NCBI RefSeq assembly: GCF_009914755.1
Contig: NC_060930.1
Length of the DNA stretch: 64,000 nt
Direction: 5' to 3' (one strand)
Source of the DNA: the human T2T-CHM13v2.0 reference genome, Homo sapiens
Positions 1 to 13,879 of the stretch are shown here, in pieces. How positions within the stretch are numbered: position 1 is the first letter of the stretch; each line of letters begins with the position of its first letter. Position numbers and translations under genes: made by a program. The notes beneath the pieces were generated by a model. It was not told the origin of the DNA. It was given only the letters and a program-made list of their open reading frames with translations, and ran no database searches.

Positions 1-460
1 AATAGATGATATATGTATCATATATATCATCTATTATATTAAATAGATGATATATGTATCATATATATCATCTATTATATTAAATAGATGATATATGTAT
101 CATATATATCATCTATTATATTAAATAGATGATATATGTATCATATATATCATCTATTATATTAAATAGATGATATAAGTATCATATGTCATCTATTATA
201 TTAAATAGATGATATATGTATCATATATATCATCTATTATATTAAAAAGATGATTATATATAATCTATTACATTAAATAGATGATACATATATCATGTAT
301 CATATTTTACATTAGATGATATATATGAGATACATCATATATTATATTAAATATCTGTTATATTAAATATATGATATATATCATCTATTATATTGAATAT
401 ATGATAAGATATTGAATATATGATAAGAATATTGAATGAATGATGATAAGATGATGTTCT
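1..460. repeat. AT-rich minisatellite with a 41-bp internally palindromic unit, degenerating rightwards
   Basis: The unit AATAGATGATATATGTATCATATATATCATCTATTATATTA repeats with period 41 from position 1. Several near-perfect copies are followed by degenerate copies to about 460. The array is truncated by the window start. Confidence 0.95.
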
Positions 461-1076
461 TCTTATCATCAAAATCAGTTATAAATGTTTATCTGTAAAA
501 ACAATTCTTAATTCGCAGGTTATATGAGAGAAGGGCCAAATTCTGTCCATGGGCTATAGTTTATTTTTGATCCCTGCTATGTATACAGTAACATTTTAAA
601 AAATTATAGAGTCATAGAAAAACATAAGAAGACACATAGAAAATCTAATCCAATTATTTCATGTTACAGGTTAAAAAATGAGATCCCAAGTGATGAAATA
701 ACTTGCTTAATTTTTTTAACCACAAATCTTTAACTTGATATAAAAGAATAAAAATGAAAAAAATGAGATTTTAAGACAGAATAAAAATGAAAATAAAATA
801 AAATGAAAGAGAATAAAATGAAAAAGGAAAGATTTAGGCACGTTTATTTAAGAGTTATCTATTGAGTGTATGCCATGTGCCAGTGATTTTTCAAGGAGCT
901 TGTGGTATATCAGGAAACACATCAGAAAGTATGAGTCATGAATTTCAGCAAAAATTCAAATAAAAATTACTTCAACACTTCTGTTTATTTTCAGAAAATC
1001 AGTATTTGGGCATTAATTCAGGATATCTGGCAACATTACTGATATAATGACATATTTCTTAGGTAAAGAAATCTCA

Positions 1077-1411
<335 letters not shown>

Positions 1412-1845
1412 CTATTAGCTATTACATTCTATGTTCAAGTTCCCTTATAGTTGGAAGGGTAGTACAAGTTGTACTCAAAGAAAGGTCAATGGACGTGATA
1501 TTCTGGTAGTACCCAGAAGAGAATAATAACGTAATATTTTTCTTAATGGGAATTAGTTCATTGGCAATAGGCTAAAGATAAGGAAAAGGTAAACAATCCT
1601 TACTCTAGCTATACACTATTACCATAGATAAGATTTTGGTGCTGATAACTATATTCAAACATTTTCTCCAACACTTTACAGTGTCAAGATTAGAATCTAA
1701 ATAACCGTAACTAAATAATACTGATGTAATTAATGCAATGATCTTTTAATACCCAGAGTATTATCATTATTTTGTCAAGAAATAAACCAGTGATTCCTTC
1801 TCTAATTCAGCAATACAAATATCCCTGCATAAAAGTTTATATTAC

Positions 1846-2224
1846 CTGGTGGAATTCTGATCTTAAAAGAGAACATAATAACTTTTATTATTTTTTTTGA
1901 GACGCATTCTCGCTCTGTCGCCCAGGCTGTAGTGCAGTGGCATGATCTCTGCTCAGTGCAAGCTCTGCCTCCCAGGTTCATGCCATTCTCCTGCCTCAGC
2001 CTCCCGAGTAGCTTGGACTACAGGCACCTGCCACCATGCCCAGCTAATTTTTTGTATTTTTAGTAGAGACAGAGTTTCACCATGTTAGCCAGGATGGTCT
2101 CGATCTCCTGACCTCGTGATCCGCCTGCTCTGCCTCCCAAAGTGCTGGGATTACAGGCGTGAGCCACCGTGCCAGGCTGGAACATAATTTTTTGAAAAAA
2201 GAAAATAAAAAGTAGAATCTTAAT
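1846..2224 (-). pseudogene. Beta-defensin signal-peptide pseudo-exon 1 disrupted by an Alu
   Basis: Removing the Alu and one TSD copy (GAACATAAT) gives ATT AAG ATT CTA CTT TTT ATT TTC TTT TTT CAA AAA ATT ATG TTC TCT TTT AAG ATC AGA ATT CCA CCA G|gtaata, i.e. (I)[22 protein letters not shown], phase 1. The 17 nt across the donor are identical to DEFB112 exon 1, and a paralogous promoter is adjacent. Confidence 0.8.
1880..2178 (-). mobile_element. Alu (AluY-like) inserted in the defensin pseudo-exon
   Basis: Reverse Alu with AluY-like segments (gcaagctc, gccattctc, ttagccaggatggtctcgatctcctgacctcgtgatcc). TSD GAACATAAT at 1871-1879 and 2180-2188. Confidence 0.93.
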
Positions 2225-2420
2225 AGAAAGGTATTAAAAGACATTTCTTCACATGTAAGGTGTTGAAATGAAGGAACTGAAAAGTTTTGCCTCTCTGGGG
2301 CTTATTAAGAATAAAAAGAGTTCTATGCTTGGTTAAATAGTGTTATCATCAAAGGGCAAGTAGTAAGAAAGATTATTGTACTTTCACAAAAACAGTAAGA
2401 TTTTTCTGTAGAGCTGTCTA
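2225..2420 (-). promoter_or_regulatory. Relic beta-defensin promoter/5' region
   Basis: Plus-strand GCTTATTAAGA...TTCTATGCTTGGTTAAATAGTGTTATCATCAAAG (about 2300-2354) matches the blocks upstream of DEFB110 (16963-17017) and DEFB112 (44899-44952). Confidence 0.7.
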
Positions 2421-3574
2421 TGCAGACATTTATTGCTTGTCTTGATTAGATGGAACCTTATATCTCTGCATCTATGTACAAAAATAACTTAAATATTTCA
2501 GTTAGAGTAACCTAGACAATTATAAGCACATGGTGCATGTCACAACATCAATAATATCTTGTTAAACTAAATAACATCACCCCATCTCTGACCTCCACAG
2601 CACTACTGCTGGAAACAAAAAAGCCATCCTTCCTTAGTGAGGATTTTGGGGGTAAATAATATTGTCCCCGGGGTGCCCAAGAAAGTCCTCATTTTTGCTA
2701 CTACACAATCTCTGCTTTTCCTGTATCTTCATCTTTCCTAGGATTACTGTAACATTTCCCGTTTTCCATATGAACATCAGCTGCACAGCCATGAGAGCTC
2801 TTTCTGAAAATTAAATCACTCCTACAAATATTTCTAACGTTATCCTCTTAGGTAAAACTAACTCAGCTAGATTTCATGATGGATCTTAGAAACATGAGCT
2901 ATTCTGAGTTATGAGTCAGGTTTACTCATCAGCTAACCAAGCTTTGTTACGCAAAACTCTCCATAGTTATGGGATTCTAACTCTTGCCCCAACCAATTTG
3001 AAATTTCCTTCATTAGACACATTCTCTGAGGGTGTAAAATTGAGTTGGCCAGACACCAGCCCTACCCTGCTGAAACAAAGGTACCTATTCCTGAGTTTCC
3101 TTATGAGATTTTCTTTGAAAAAAGAATCACATGGCTAAAAGGGGCTCTATATCTCAGATCTTGTTATTTATCCTTTTGCCGTGCTATGAATAGTGCTTAA
3201 TTACCCTGCAGAGAGAGCATTGTTAAATTGTATCATTTCAAAACCACTGTAATTGGTTAAATGTATGCAAGAACACATCAGACAGGTCAAAATTGGTGGC
3301 TGTCATGTTTGTAAGAACCACATTTTCTGTTAAAGAAGAGTAGATGCCTTAGAGGGATTTGGGTGTGGAAACCAGGATATATGAAAATAACCATAATCCT
3401 CATAGTAAATCTGGCAATAAGGTCACATATACATATTTAGAGAGGGAGCAGAATAACTCAGATAAGTAATATGAATGTCTCAGAGTCAAAGTGGAAATAA
3501 TGAGATTATAAACATAATTAGAGTCTGTTTCCTTGTTTCGATAATGTGTTCATCCATTTGAAATACAAAAATCC

Positions 3575-3857
3575 ATCATTCTCAGAAAACTATCTCAAGG
3601 ACAAAAAAACCAAACACCACATGTCCTCACTCATAGGTGGGAATTGAACAATGAGAACACATGGACACAGGAAGGGAAACATCACACACTGGGGACTGTT
3701 GTGGGGTTGGGGGAGCGGGGAGGGGTAGCATTAGGAGATATACCTAATGCTAAATGACGAGGTAAGGGTGCAGCACACCAACATGGCACATGTATACATA
3801 TGTAACAAACCTGCCCATTGTGCACATGTACCCTAAAACTTAAAGTATAAAAAAAGA
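3575..3857 (+). mobile_element. 5'-truncated young L1PA 3' end
   Basis: L1 ORF2 end and 3'UTR ending in ...taccctaaaacttaaagtataa plus A-tail. A 15-bp TSD GAAATACAAAAATCC lies at 3560-3574 and 3858-3872. Confidence 0.95.
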
Positions 3858-4039
3858 GAAATACAAAAATCCCCAAGGAATAAGTAGAGACTAAATTCAT
3901 TATATGTAAATAGATATATTTAGAATTTAAAAGTGTATATTTTCATTAAATGTTGCAAACATTTTTTTACCTACTCTTGAGTGAAAAACATGCATCTCTG
4001 TTCCAGACTTGATCCTCAATAGTACTTCTTTTCCAGAGT

Positions 4040-4173
4040 TTATACGCAGCACTGACTTCTCCATTTAATGCAGTATCCATAATCATACTCAACATCATCA
4101 CAAAACGTTTTACATATTCCTCTCACTTTTTCGCATCTTTCAAATCTATACTTTGGTTCAAAATTGCTTCTGG
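4040..4173 (-). CDS. DEFB110: Beta-defensin 110 distal alternative terminal exon (isoform b, historically DEFB111)
   Basis: Acceptor ttgcag|CC. Encodes (A)RSNFEPKYRFERCEKVRGICKTFCDDVEYDYGYCIKWRSQCCV* with C-X6-C-X3-C-X9-C-X6-CC spacing. Joined to exon 16784-16838 it gives 55+134=189 nt, 62 aa. Confidence 0.95.
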
Positions 4174-5424
4174 CTGCAATCAAGAAAAATATCTAAAGTT
4201 ATTAGTCTATTATTGATTTGTGGGTTTTCTTGCTAAAGAAAGACAAAAACTGTTCCAGTTATGAGATCATGTGTGTGCAAGTTGGAGACAATGGAACGTC
4301 AAGTTGTTTTGTAGCAGAATTTATGAATCATTTCAGAAAATGACTGAGCTACTAACATTATACTTGTACAAAATGTCTATGTCCTTATCTTGCAGCTCAC
4401 ATCCATACTAAATGTCAGCTGGCTCAGTCTACAGTAACAACGAGAAAGTGACACACAATTTGGTACTTAATTATATGTATTTTTGTCAGACATTTGTTGT
4501 GATACTTTGTTATTGCAGCCAAAATATCAGCCCTTCTATAATAGTTATAATTTATTTTGATTCTTTATCTCTTTCCTATTTGAACATAGTGGTCACACAA
4601 ATAGTAATCATAGAGAAACTAGAGAAGACTTCTAATGTACTAACTTCACTGATAGGGCAACTGATCGAGAAAACTCAAAACTAAAGTACTTTAGATCTAC
4701 ATAGAGAAACATAATTTTGTCATACACTGCCTATCTAGCAAAAAGTGGAGCCTCACATTAGTATTCTATTATAGTTTCTTGTGAACCATCTAAGACAATG
4801 AAAAGAAAGATGTTCTGAGATTCCAAAATCACAGTTTTATATTCATACATTAAACTATAGTAAAGGGAGGTAAATTATTTTGTTACTTTAAAGTTTTATT
4901 GTTCCTAGTGATACAACTGTACTCTGAAAATGCCTTTAGAGTAGAAAAGAGACTTTGGAGTCAGGCATATTTTTATTTTTCAATTTTATCAATGTACTTA
5001 CCTATCTTTGGTCAGTCATTCTACCTATCTGGATGATATAATATAATCAACATAATTGTCAGAAATATATTTTGAGTATTAAATGTTGTTATGTGTGCAT
5101 ATATGTGTCAGGAAAAAATGAGGCAAAATAATTTTGTTAAAATTTAGAGAATGAATTGAATTGAATTCAGATTTAAATTATGTAATATCTGTTAATAGAA
5201 CCTAATTGTCTGCATAGAATCGAATTGGAATTTAGAAAAATGTTTCATTTCAAATCAAAATGGTAGGCATTTATTTTAGTACCTAGTATTCACCAGGCAT
5301 TAGGTTCCGAAGCAGAGAAAAACTAGAGAAGATCTCTAAAGCACTTACTTATTGCCCTTAATGAAGTTGGTAGAAAATAATTAAACGTAAGATGGAAGAG
5401 ACTGTCAGGTGGATTTTAACATGT

Positions 5425-5535
5425 TAATATATATATATATATAGACATACATAGACATATATATAGACATATATATGACATGTAAATATATATATTTGAC
5501 ATGTAAATTATATATTTTTGATGTATATATATATA
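5425..5535. repeat. (TA)n-rich low-complexity repeat
   Basis: Runs of atatatat interspersed with agacat/gacatgtaaat units. Confidence 0.8.
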
Positions 5536-8500
5536 TTTTTTAGTGAATGGTAAACTAATTTATAATGACAGAATCCCTACCTTTGGTGAATTTTAGTGAA
5601 ATCTGAAGTCATTTCAGAGACATGTTTGATATAATTTAAAGTCAGGAAGACAATGATGCATAATTGCATATACTTTTTGTAACTGTTGCTAGAATAGAAA
5701 CTTTTTAAGCCAATCAACATTCCTGAGCCATTATATTTTGTCAACTCTAAAACCACCAAAGTCTATGGTGGTTTTTAAGATATATTCAAATTAGAAAAAA
5801 GTATACACATAGAAATAATAGTAATATTTAAAATGTACTAATTTTGTTCTGACTTTCTAATTATTTTAAAGAATAAGAATGTTTTGAGTTATGAGGAAAT
5901 CTATAGAACCATATAAAAACAAAAAGCATGCATTGTAAAATTGGTTCTATTGCTTATAATTTATTTGCAAATTATGGCTCACTATAGAATCAAAGGTTTG
6001 CCATGTGTAAATTATGAATGAAAATAACATCCCTTTGTATTGTTATGAAAATTGATACGTATCAATTTATAATACATATAGATAAATATTGATATATATA
6101 TATCAATATATAAAAACAATTTTAAGGTGTTGAATGCTATACAAATGTCATCCATAAGTGCATGAGTATTTATGTGATATGAAACTGGGTGATACATACC
6201 ACATAAAAACAAATTGTTTGGAGGAAAGATGCATAGTATCTCTTTCACTCACTTATATTTCCGCACATTTTGTACATCACTGGAGAAATTGAGCCCATGA
6301 TAACTATTTTTCATAAAAAGAGACATTCAAATGCTAGTTTGGGGCCTTAGTCAGGAGAATATATTCCAGAAGGTTTCTGGGAGTCTCATCAAGAGTGAGG
6401 TACCACAAATAGAGTGGAGATATGCTGTGGACATCAACACAATCCTGCATACACACAGATGGGGACAAATCTGTTCGAAAGCTAGAGCTTAAAAGCGCAG
6501 TGGTCTCCATGACTCAATGTTAGTTTTTCCAAATGGTATGCGGAGTTTTTCACTCTCCCAAGGGAAGTGTCTGGCATATATCTCTCCACCTCCTCACAAA
6601 TAACATCTCTGAGGGTGACTGCTTCACCTACCTCATGATGCTCCTGGAAATGTCATCCATAAGTGCAGAGTTGAAAGTAGAGGGAGGCAGTGTTGAAAGT
6701 AAAAAGAGTTATGTTTTGGAAGATATTTGCTCTTGCTGGATAGAAGTTGAAGTCAAGGCAGAAGCAAGGCCGTGGGTCAGTTGAAAGTTTGAAAAGGTAT
6801 GATCTTTCAAAATCAGATAGAATTAAGTTTCATGACTGGATATTTTATTTGTCATTTTGCTATATAGCACAAATGATTTAGATCACTGGATTTCAGTTTC
6901 CTTATTAAATTGAGGTTTTATTGAAATTTCAAAAGATATAATGAGATAAAATATGCAGGTTGCTCTTATAGTGCTAAAAATTAATAAGCCTTCAAAGTCA
7001 GGTTATTCTCATTTCCTTTGTCTTTATTTGCCTTTTGGATTTCACACCAAAACCTTATAAAGCCTTACCCTAAGTGGAGCACTGTTACTCACTGTTTATG
7101 CCCTGCTATCACATTGTTACTAGTGTTTAATTCCTGCTATGGCTTTTTGCTATAGTTAAACCACAAAATTCTCGTCTTAAAGTTACAGTAGGCCAGGCCC
7201 ACTATATACCTCATTCACTGATTTATTTCTGCACATAGGAAAATGCTTGAAACAAATTACTCAATAAATAAGATAAATAACTGAAAAAAAAGAGCGAGTG
7301 AATGCATATGTTATTACAGATAGGGACCTAATTCATATTATATAATAAAAAACTCTATGTTTTATTACATGTTATTCATCAGTTATTTCCTGTCAACTTA
7401 GCAAGTGACTTAGGCCCTATATTTGCAGTTTCCTTAAGTGAAAAATGCATTTAGTAATACTTCAGAGGGTTGTGTGGCAATCAAATGAGGTAATACATAA
7501 GGAAAAATTGTTTGGCCCATAATTTTATGAAGTAAGTTTTCATTGTCACTGTAAATGAGTTATTTATAGATTTATGGCAGATTAAAATAACCTTTTCTTA
7601 ATTTACATATTTTTCTCTACTTTTACTGTTAAATGAAGAGAATGCTCTTTTTGTGATTCATACAACACACATTTAGTTAGCAAATATGTTGCACTTGGTC
7701 CTGTGATAGGTGGGGACAAAGATAAATAAAATATTTAAGCTCTTCACCTTCAAAAGACAACTATTATTTGTTGGGAGATGATGACATAGATGAGAAAAAA
7801 AATGCATCACTTTTAAAGGCAATTCTGAGATATAAGCAAAATGTCCTTGCATCACAAAATAAAGAGTTGTAAACTCTTCCTGGAATAGTCTATTTTTACT
7901 ATTACTATTTTAACTGCTACTACCACTGCCACTATTAATAGCTATGTTTTATTAAGTGTTCACTAGGTTTCAGATTCTTTTCTAAGCCAGTTATATTCAT
8001 TTTTGGATTTATTACTCCAATAACTCTTCCCATTTCATACATAAAGATAGTTGAATTCAACTCTTCCTAAGGTTTCAGAGGGAGTAGGAGAGCAAGTAGC
8101 AAACAAAGCTAGGTTTGTTGGACTCAAAAGCAATATATATGCTTCATTGCTTCACTGAGGAGATGACAGGTGGCTGGATCTTTAAAAGATAAAAGCATAT
8201 TTTCCTGAAATTGTGGAGAAGGTCTTACAAGCAAAAAGATGTATCCTAAACATAGATACTATGTTTTGAAGAATGTGTGATCTATGCAGAATGGTATGAC
8301 CTTTTAGCACAATAGAAATTATATGGATGTGAACTTTAGAAAATCAAACTGTGCACAGGTGGCAAAAGGCCCTACCAAGCTAAGGAGTTGAATATTATCA
8401 TGAATGGAGTGGTAAAACTGATGATATTTTAAGCATCTTTTCAATTTTTTTTCTCTTTTAAGGGAGGAAATAGAGAAATTTTTGTAGCAGGAAATCTATG

Positions 8501-9559
8501 TCAAAGTTTATTAAAACAGTCTAAATAAGAAATGATGAATAAGATAATTAAGTTAATGAAACTTGAAAATAGAGAGGAGAAAGTGAACCTAGAAGATATT
8601 TCTGAATGAGACATAGCCCAATAGATAAGTTTTGGATTTGCAGGGAAAGGAACCTGGGACATAGAGAAGCAATGACCAGAAGTGTTTTAGCTTCTAAGAC
8701 TGCGTGACTGATTACGAAATGACAATGTTTTGGCCTTTAGGATGTATGTTTGATATTGAAACAGAATAAAAGACATGGAACAGATTTTAGCCCTTGCGAG
8801 TAATATGATTTCGTTCTGGACAAATTATGATTAAGGAATTTGGAGGCTATCCAGTAGGTTCGGTAAGTAGTAATAAATACTGTTTTGTGGTTTAAGACGG
8901 AGGTTGAGAAAAAGACTTGATAGGAGAAGTCATTGGCATTAACAAGATAATATAGAGAAAGCACATCAAAATAAGAGGAAAAGGGATTCAGAGACAACAC
9001 ATTGGAGGCCATTGACATTTAGAAGACTATCAAAATAGATAATTCAATTAATAATTGTAAAATAGCAATCGATTCTAGCATGTGTTCAGAAGTCCAGCAA
9101 GATAAATAATTAAAATAAACCTTTGAGTTTGCTTTAGGAAAACATATATAACATGAGCAAGAAGAGTTTCAGTTAATTGGTGTGAGTGAATTTATGGTGG
9201 GAAGAGTGTAAAAGAGTTAATGAAGTGGAGACTATGGATCTAAGATTCTTTTCAAGAAATTCGATGAAGAAGAGAATAAGGCAGATTAGAAAGTGGCTTG
9301 AAGAAAAATTAAGAACAAAATAAGGGAGGATTTTTGTAAGATGAAAGAGACTTGAGAAAATTTGTGTTTACTAATTAGAACCATATAAGGTTGGTAAAAT
9401 TTTTAAGAATTTTGACTTACAAAATGGCAAAGTCATATGTGTTCAAACATATAAGAAGAAATGAAATATTCAACAAATGACGGGAAAAAGATGCTGGAAA
9501 TAGGACAGTTGTGAAGAATACCTACAGCCTACTCAACTTACTCCTTGAAAACACCTTTA

Positions 9560-10735
9560 CAAATTCTCAGCTCTCCTCGCAATTTCAAAACATCCTTCCT
9601 GTCTTCACTCTCAGCTAATGATCTTGCTCCCTTCAATTCAATGATCCAATTGAAGATTCCTGAGACTCTCCACAGACTTTCAGCACCAAATTAACCTGCC
9701 AATCAGCAACTGCATCTATGTATTCTACCCCTCCTGCTTATGAATGAAGAAAGCATCCCCATGCTCTAATGAAGGGCTAGTCCCTCAATCTCTGCATTAG
9801 ATGTCATCCTGTCTTGCCAACTCAAAAGATTACTGTCTCCACTCTCATTTTCTGTCTCTTCTCTTAACCACTTGCTAAATCTATTTGATATGACAAACTC
9901 TACATGTCCAAAATTGGATCAATCGTCCAACCAAAATTTGTTACACCTAATATCCTTCCCATTTTAGTCAATGGCACAGCTCAATCTTTCCAATTGCTCA
10001 GACAAGAAATCTTGGAGTCATTATTGACCCCTCTGTCTGCCATAGCCAAAATTTAATCCCTCATGAAATCTAGCTAGCTCTACATTTAACAGATCCAGAA
10101 TTCTACATCCATTCCTCATTGTTTGTATTATTATGGACTTAGCTTCTATAATTTACCACCTATATTATTTACTACTTATATTATTTTAATAACTTCGAGA
10201 GACCTTTACAATATTCAAATTATGTCTCTCCCCTGGCTAAAACCCTTTGAATTGCTCTCAGAATAAAAGTCAAGATCTTTTCTAGCTCCTAAAAATCCCT
10301 GGGTAATCAATTTGTCAAGATATTTTCTCTCCAATTTCCTCTCCCAGGACTCACCTCCTCAGTTACTCTTTTCCAGCAATTCTTTCCTCCCAGGTGTTCC
10401 CCACACATTCCAGGTATGCTCTTATGAACACTTTTTTCAGCCTTTACAATAGGGCTCTATGACAAATCATGTTTAAAATTACTATAGCCCAGGATTGTGG
10501 GCTACTACACTCTACTTTGTTTCCTTTTCTCTAACACTTATTGCCTTGTAATATAATAGATAATTTGCTTATTTCTATTATTTACTGTTTATATTTGTAT
10601 CCACTCACTATACTATGAGCTCCATAAAACCAGACAACATTGTTAGTTTTGTTTTTTTATGTGTCCCAGTTATATTGTACTCTGACACATAGTAGCTGTT
10701 CAATAGATATTTATTGAATTGGTAAATAAATGAGG
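9560..10735 (+). mobile_element. L2 LINE 3' portion (ancient)
   Basis: Pyrimidine-rich L2-type motifs (aaatcttggagtcattattgacccctct; gaataaaagtcaagatc) ending in the L2 tail aatagatatttattgaattggtaaataaatga. Confidence 0.65.
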
Positions 10736-12293
10736 GAGAATATATTGAATGTAGTTTAACCTGTTTATTATCCATATTACAAATTGACATTGATCTTTTT
10801 GGAAGAATATTCCATGCTTTATTCATTTGTGAACTCTATCAAATTGAATATTACTTAAAAATCAGTTTGTAGTCAATCAATATCAGTTCCTTAAGCCAGG
10901 AGCTATAATTTTTCAATCTCCAAATCCAAAACCCATGACATTAAGCCTGGGAAGAAGTAATCCACTTATGAAAAGTTGCCTGAATAAGTACATTGCTAAT
11001 TGGAATTAGATTTTGTTCTTGCCCAAGGATATTGAGGTAAAATAAATACTGATATAGGTTGGGTTTGAATACATGATATCAGGTAGGAGTCTAATTTCTT
11101 TCTTCCTAGTTCACGTGAGAATTTGACGGTGATAAATCTAATTTCAATATAATGCTTTTAATTGATTCATATGGGTATTGAACTACCAAATAACAACAAA
11201 AATTTCCATCACTTAGTGGCATCTATTTTTATCAGAGTCACTGCTCAAGACTCACAAGAAACTAAATATGAACGAAAATACATAGTGTCATGAAAATTTA
11301 TATTGTGGGCCATAGGAGGGAAAAATATAAAACTTAAGTTTTTTAGAACGAATTAGTTTAACATTATCTAGTTCTTTTGTAAGTTCATACAATAAAAATT
11401 ACAATGTATCAGCAAGAAAATCACCAGAAATATTTCCATTTTTAAGCATTTTTTTGCCTTCCTTTTGTTAATAAATTACAAACTTAGACAAATGTAAATT
11501 CTGGGGGCAGAGTAATTAGTAACACCTTTATCTTTTTAAGGAAGCAGGCTGAAGAACTTCATCAAAAGGGTTTCTAGAGTTTTCAGTCTTTTTTTCACGC
11601 AGAAAACACTTAAAAGATTTCCTCAGGAAAAAAAAAATATTAATTTTGAGGTTGATGCACGTAGGTTCACATTCTCCTTCAATTTTCTTAAATTTGTCCC
11701 TTGAGCTGAAGGCAGAGGCTGGTGGCTTAAATGTATTGAACACAAGTAAAGGCCACCTTAGAAATTTAGATGGTTTTCGTGCTCTCTGTCAAGCACTGAA
11801 AGATACAGGGTACACCAGGAGTTTTAGCACAGCCTAGATTTTGTGCAGAGACGCCTCACATGTTTTTTAGAAAATCTCTCATCTTCTTGGTGGGTCCTAA
11901 CAAACTCAACTCTTATTTTCCCCATATTAATAGTATATTAGGCCTCTCAATTCTGATTTAGATGTCTTGATGGAGAGAGGGCTCAGTCTCTTCTTAGGTA
12001 AAATAAATAAAAATCAAACTTTCATAACTTTCATTTTAAACATTTATTTTTACTAATCTTTTTCTTGACGTAGCTAATATATTCATTATCCAAAAGTTAG
12101 GCCAATTTTTCTTTCTGGAGCCAGCAATATATCACATCTAGCCCATATGTAATATATAAAAAATTTAAATAGATAACTATTTCTCATAAAACACAGAAAA
12201 TGTAATTGGCCACCTGAAAATCTCACTGATTTTTTTATTGTTTCCATTTTCATTTTTAAATTTTTGTGAGAATGGGTGCTTGACTTTATAAAT

Positions 12294-12514
12294 CAGTAGT
12301 TCTCAGCCAAGTGTAAATTTGCCCCCTCCCGCAAAGAGGATATTTGGCAATATAGGTAGACATTTTTGATTATCACAATTGGGAGAAAGTGTGCTATTCG
12401 CATCTAGTGGGTAGGAGTTAAGGATGCTGAAAAACATATAACGAGCAGAATAGCTCCCACAACAAAGATTACCTGGACCAAAATATCAATAGTGTCAAGG
12501 TTGAGAAACCCTGT
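12294..12514 (+). mobile_element. MER20-like hAT DNA transposon
   Basis: Termini cagtagttctcagcc ... aaggttgagaaaccctg. Internal catttttgattatcacaattgggag and gcatctagtgggtagga resemble the MER20 consensus. Confidence 0.75.
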
Positions 12515-13765
12515 TATAAATAACTATTGTAAAGATACTTTTGAAGATATTTACATTGCAAGAAAACACACTGAACAATCAAAGACTATGTAAATTTTAT
12601 CTGAGTGGAGAAAAAAAAATTTCCCCATTCATGGCTTGTTGTAGATAATGCTTAGTATAAGCATACTTAAATCTCATATCTGCATTTGAAGAATAGAATG
12701 GATCCACAGAGAGGCCATAATAAAAATATCAAGAGAGTAGGAAGCCCCTGGAATTTTTTGATTTACCATCTCCTTTTGAGTCTAAGTCCGACCTATATGT
12801 ACTGTTTAATACATTTTATTTTTCTTTAGTTAATTTCCCAAAATATTGGTTAATTTTATTTTGAGGGGTATGAAGAGAGGATTCTATTTTATTATGATGT
12901 TGTGGTATTGACAATGTTTCTTAAGAATTTTGAATTAATATGGATTGTTAAATTGTATTCCTAAACTCATAAAATAATATAATTAGCTCTTCTAAATGGA
13001 AAACAAATGGTACAGATGCATCACTGACATGTTCTAGTGAGGAATACTGTGGCTCCTCAGAGGAAGCAGTAGAGGAACTGAGGCAGAGTGAAATTGAAAA
13101 GTGAAGGTTATTGCTGCTTCCTTTTGTCATGGATCTCCTCAGACATAGTCATCTCTCAGGACTGAATAGCTGCATTAAACTATTAGTCATAATTTTTGAC
13201 TTCTTTGGTCTAAATTTTCAGTTATTTTCTCCTCTTCTTTCTGAAATTATTCTCCTTTCTTTTTACTACCTCTCATTTCTTGATACACATTTATCTTTAC
13301 AAAATAATAAATATGAGTAGAAATTGGAGCTGGTTGTGATTCTTCTCTGGTCTTCCATTCTTATACTCATGATCCTTTCACTTCAGCTCTGTCTCTCTCA
13401 CAATAAAGATCTGCCCTCTCAATGTCCAGTCTCCCAAGCCCAGTGGATTTATATATTTACGTGGGGGTAATCTGTGGAACAGTATCTAATAAAATAACAG
13501 CGCATTTCCACTGGAAGCTTGTATTTTAGAAATATGCTTACCCAATTCTTTGACCTAGGGTTTCCCACAACCTTACTTATGGCAACTAACACAAGGCACA
13601 TAAAAGTTGTGGAACTTGTGGAACATGAAGCACTGAAAACTTGAGGAACTTGCATAAAATAAGTCCTGCTACTTCTGGTACCAACAAATCAGGAGAAAAG
13701 TGTAATGGAAAGGCACCAGACATGAGCGTGACATATGATCACTTCTGAATGGTTCAACATTAATT

Positions 13766-13771
13766 TTTATT
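13766..13771 (-). terminator. AATAAA polyadenylation signal for DEFB110 isoform a
   Basis: First minus-strand AATAAA, about 110 nt downstream of the stop at 13880. Confidence 0.65.
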
Positions 13772-13879
13772 TAGTTCTTGTGTATTATAGAGACACACAC
13801 GCCTTGAAGGATGTGCTGGGAAAACTTAATAACGCTGGTCTCTCTTCTTGGAGCTTGTGACTCTTTTCTTCTGTCATCG

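Noticed and set aside
1-460. Regularly spaced palindromic repeats as a CRISPR-like array
   Set aside because: No unique spacers and a primate genomic context; this is an AT-rich minisatellite.
11522-11562. Minus-strand ATG AAG TTC TTC AGC CTG CTT CCT TAA as a lost private exon 1 for DEFB110 exon 2b
   Set aside because: It stops after 8 codons, has a weak donor and lacks the conserved promoter block upstream.
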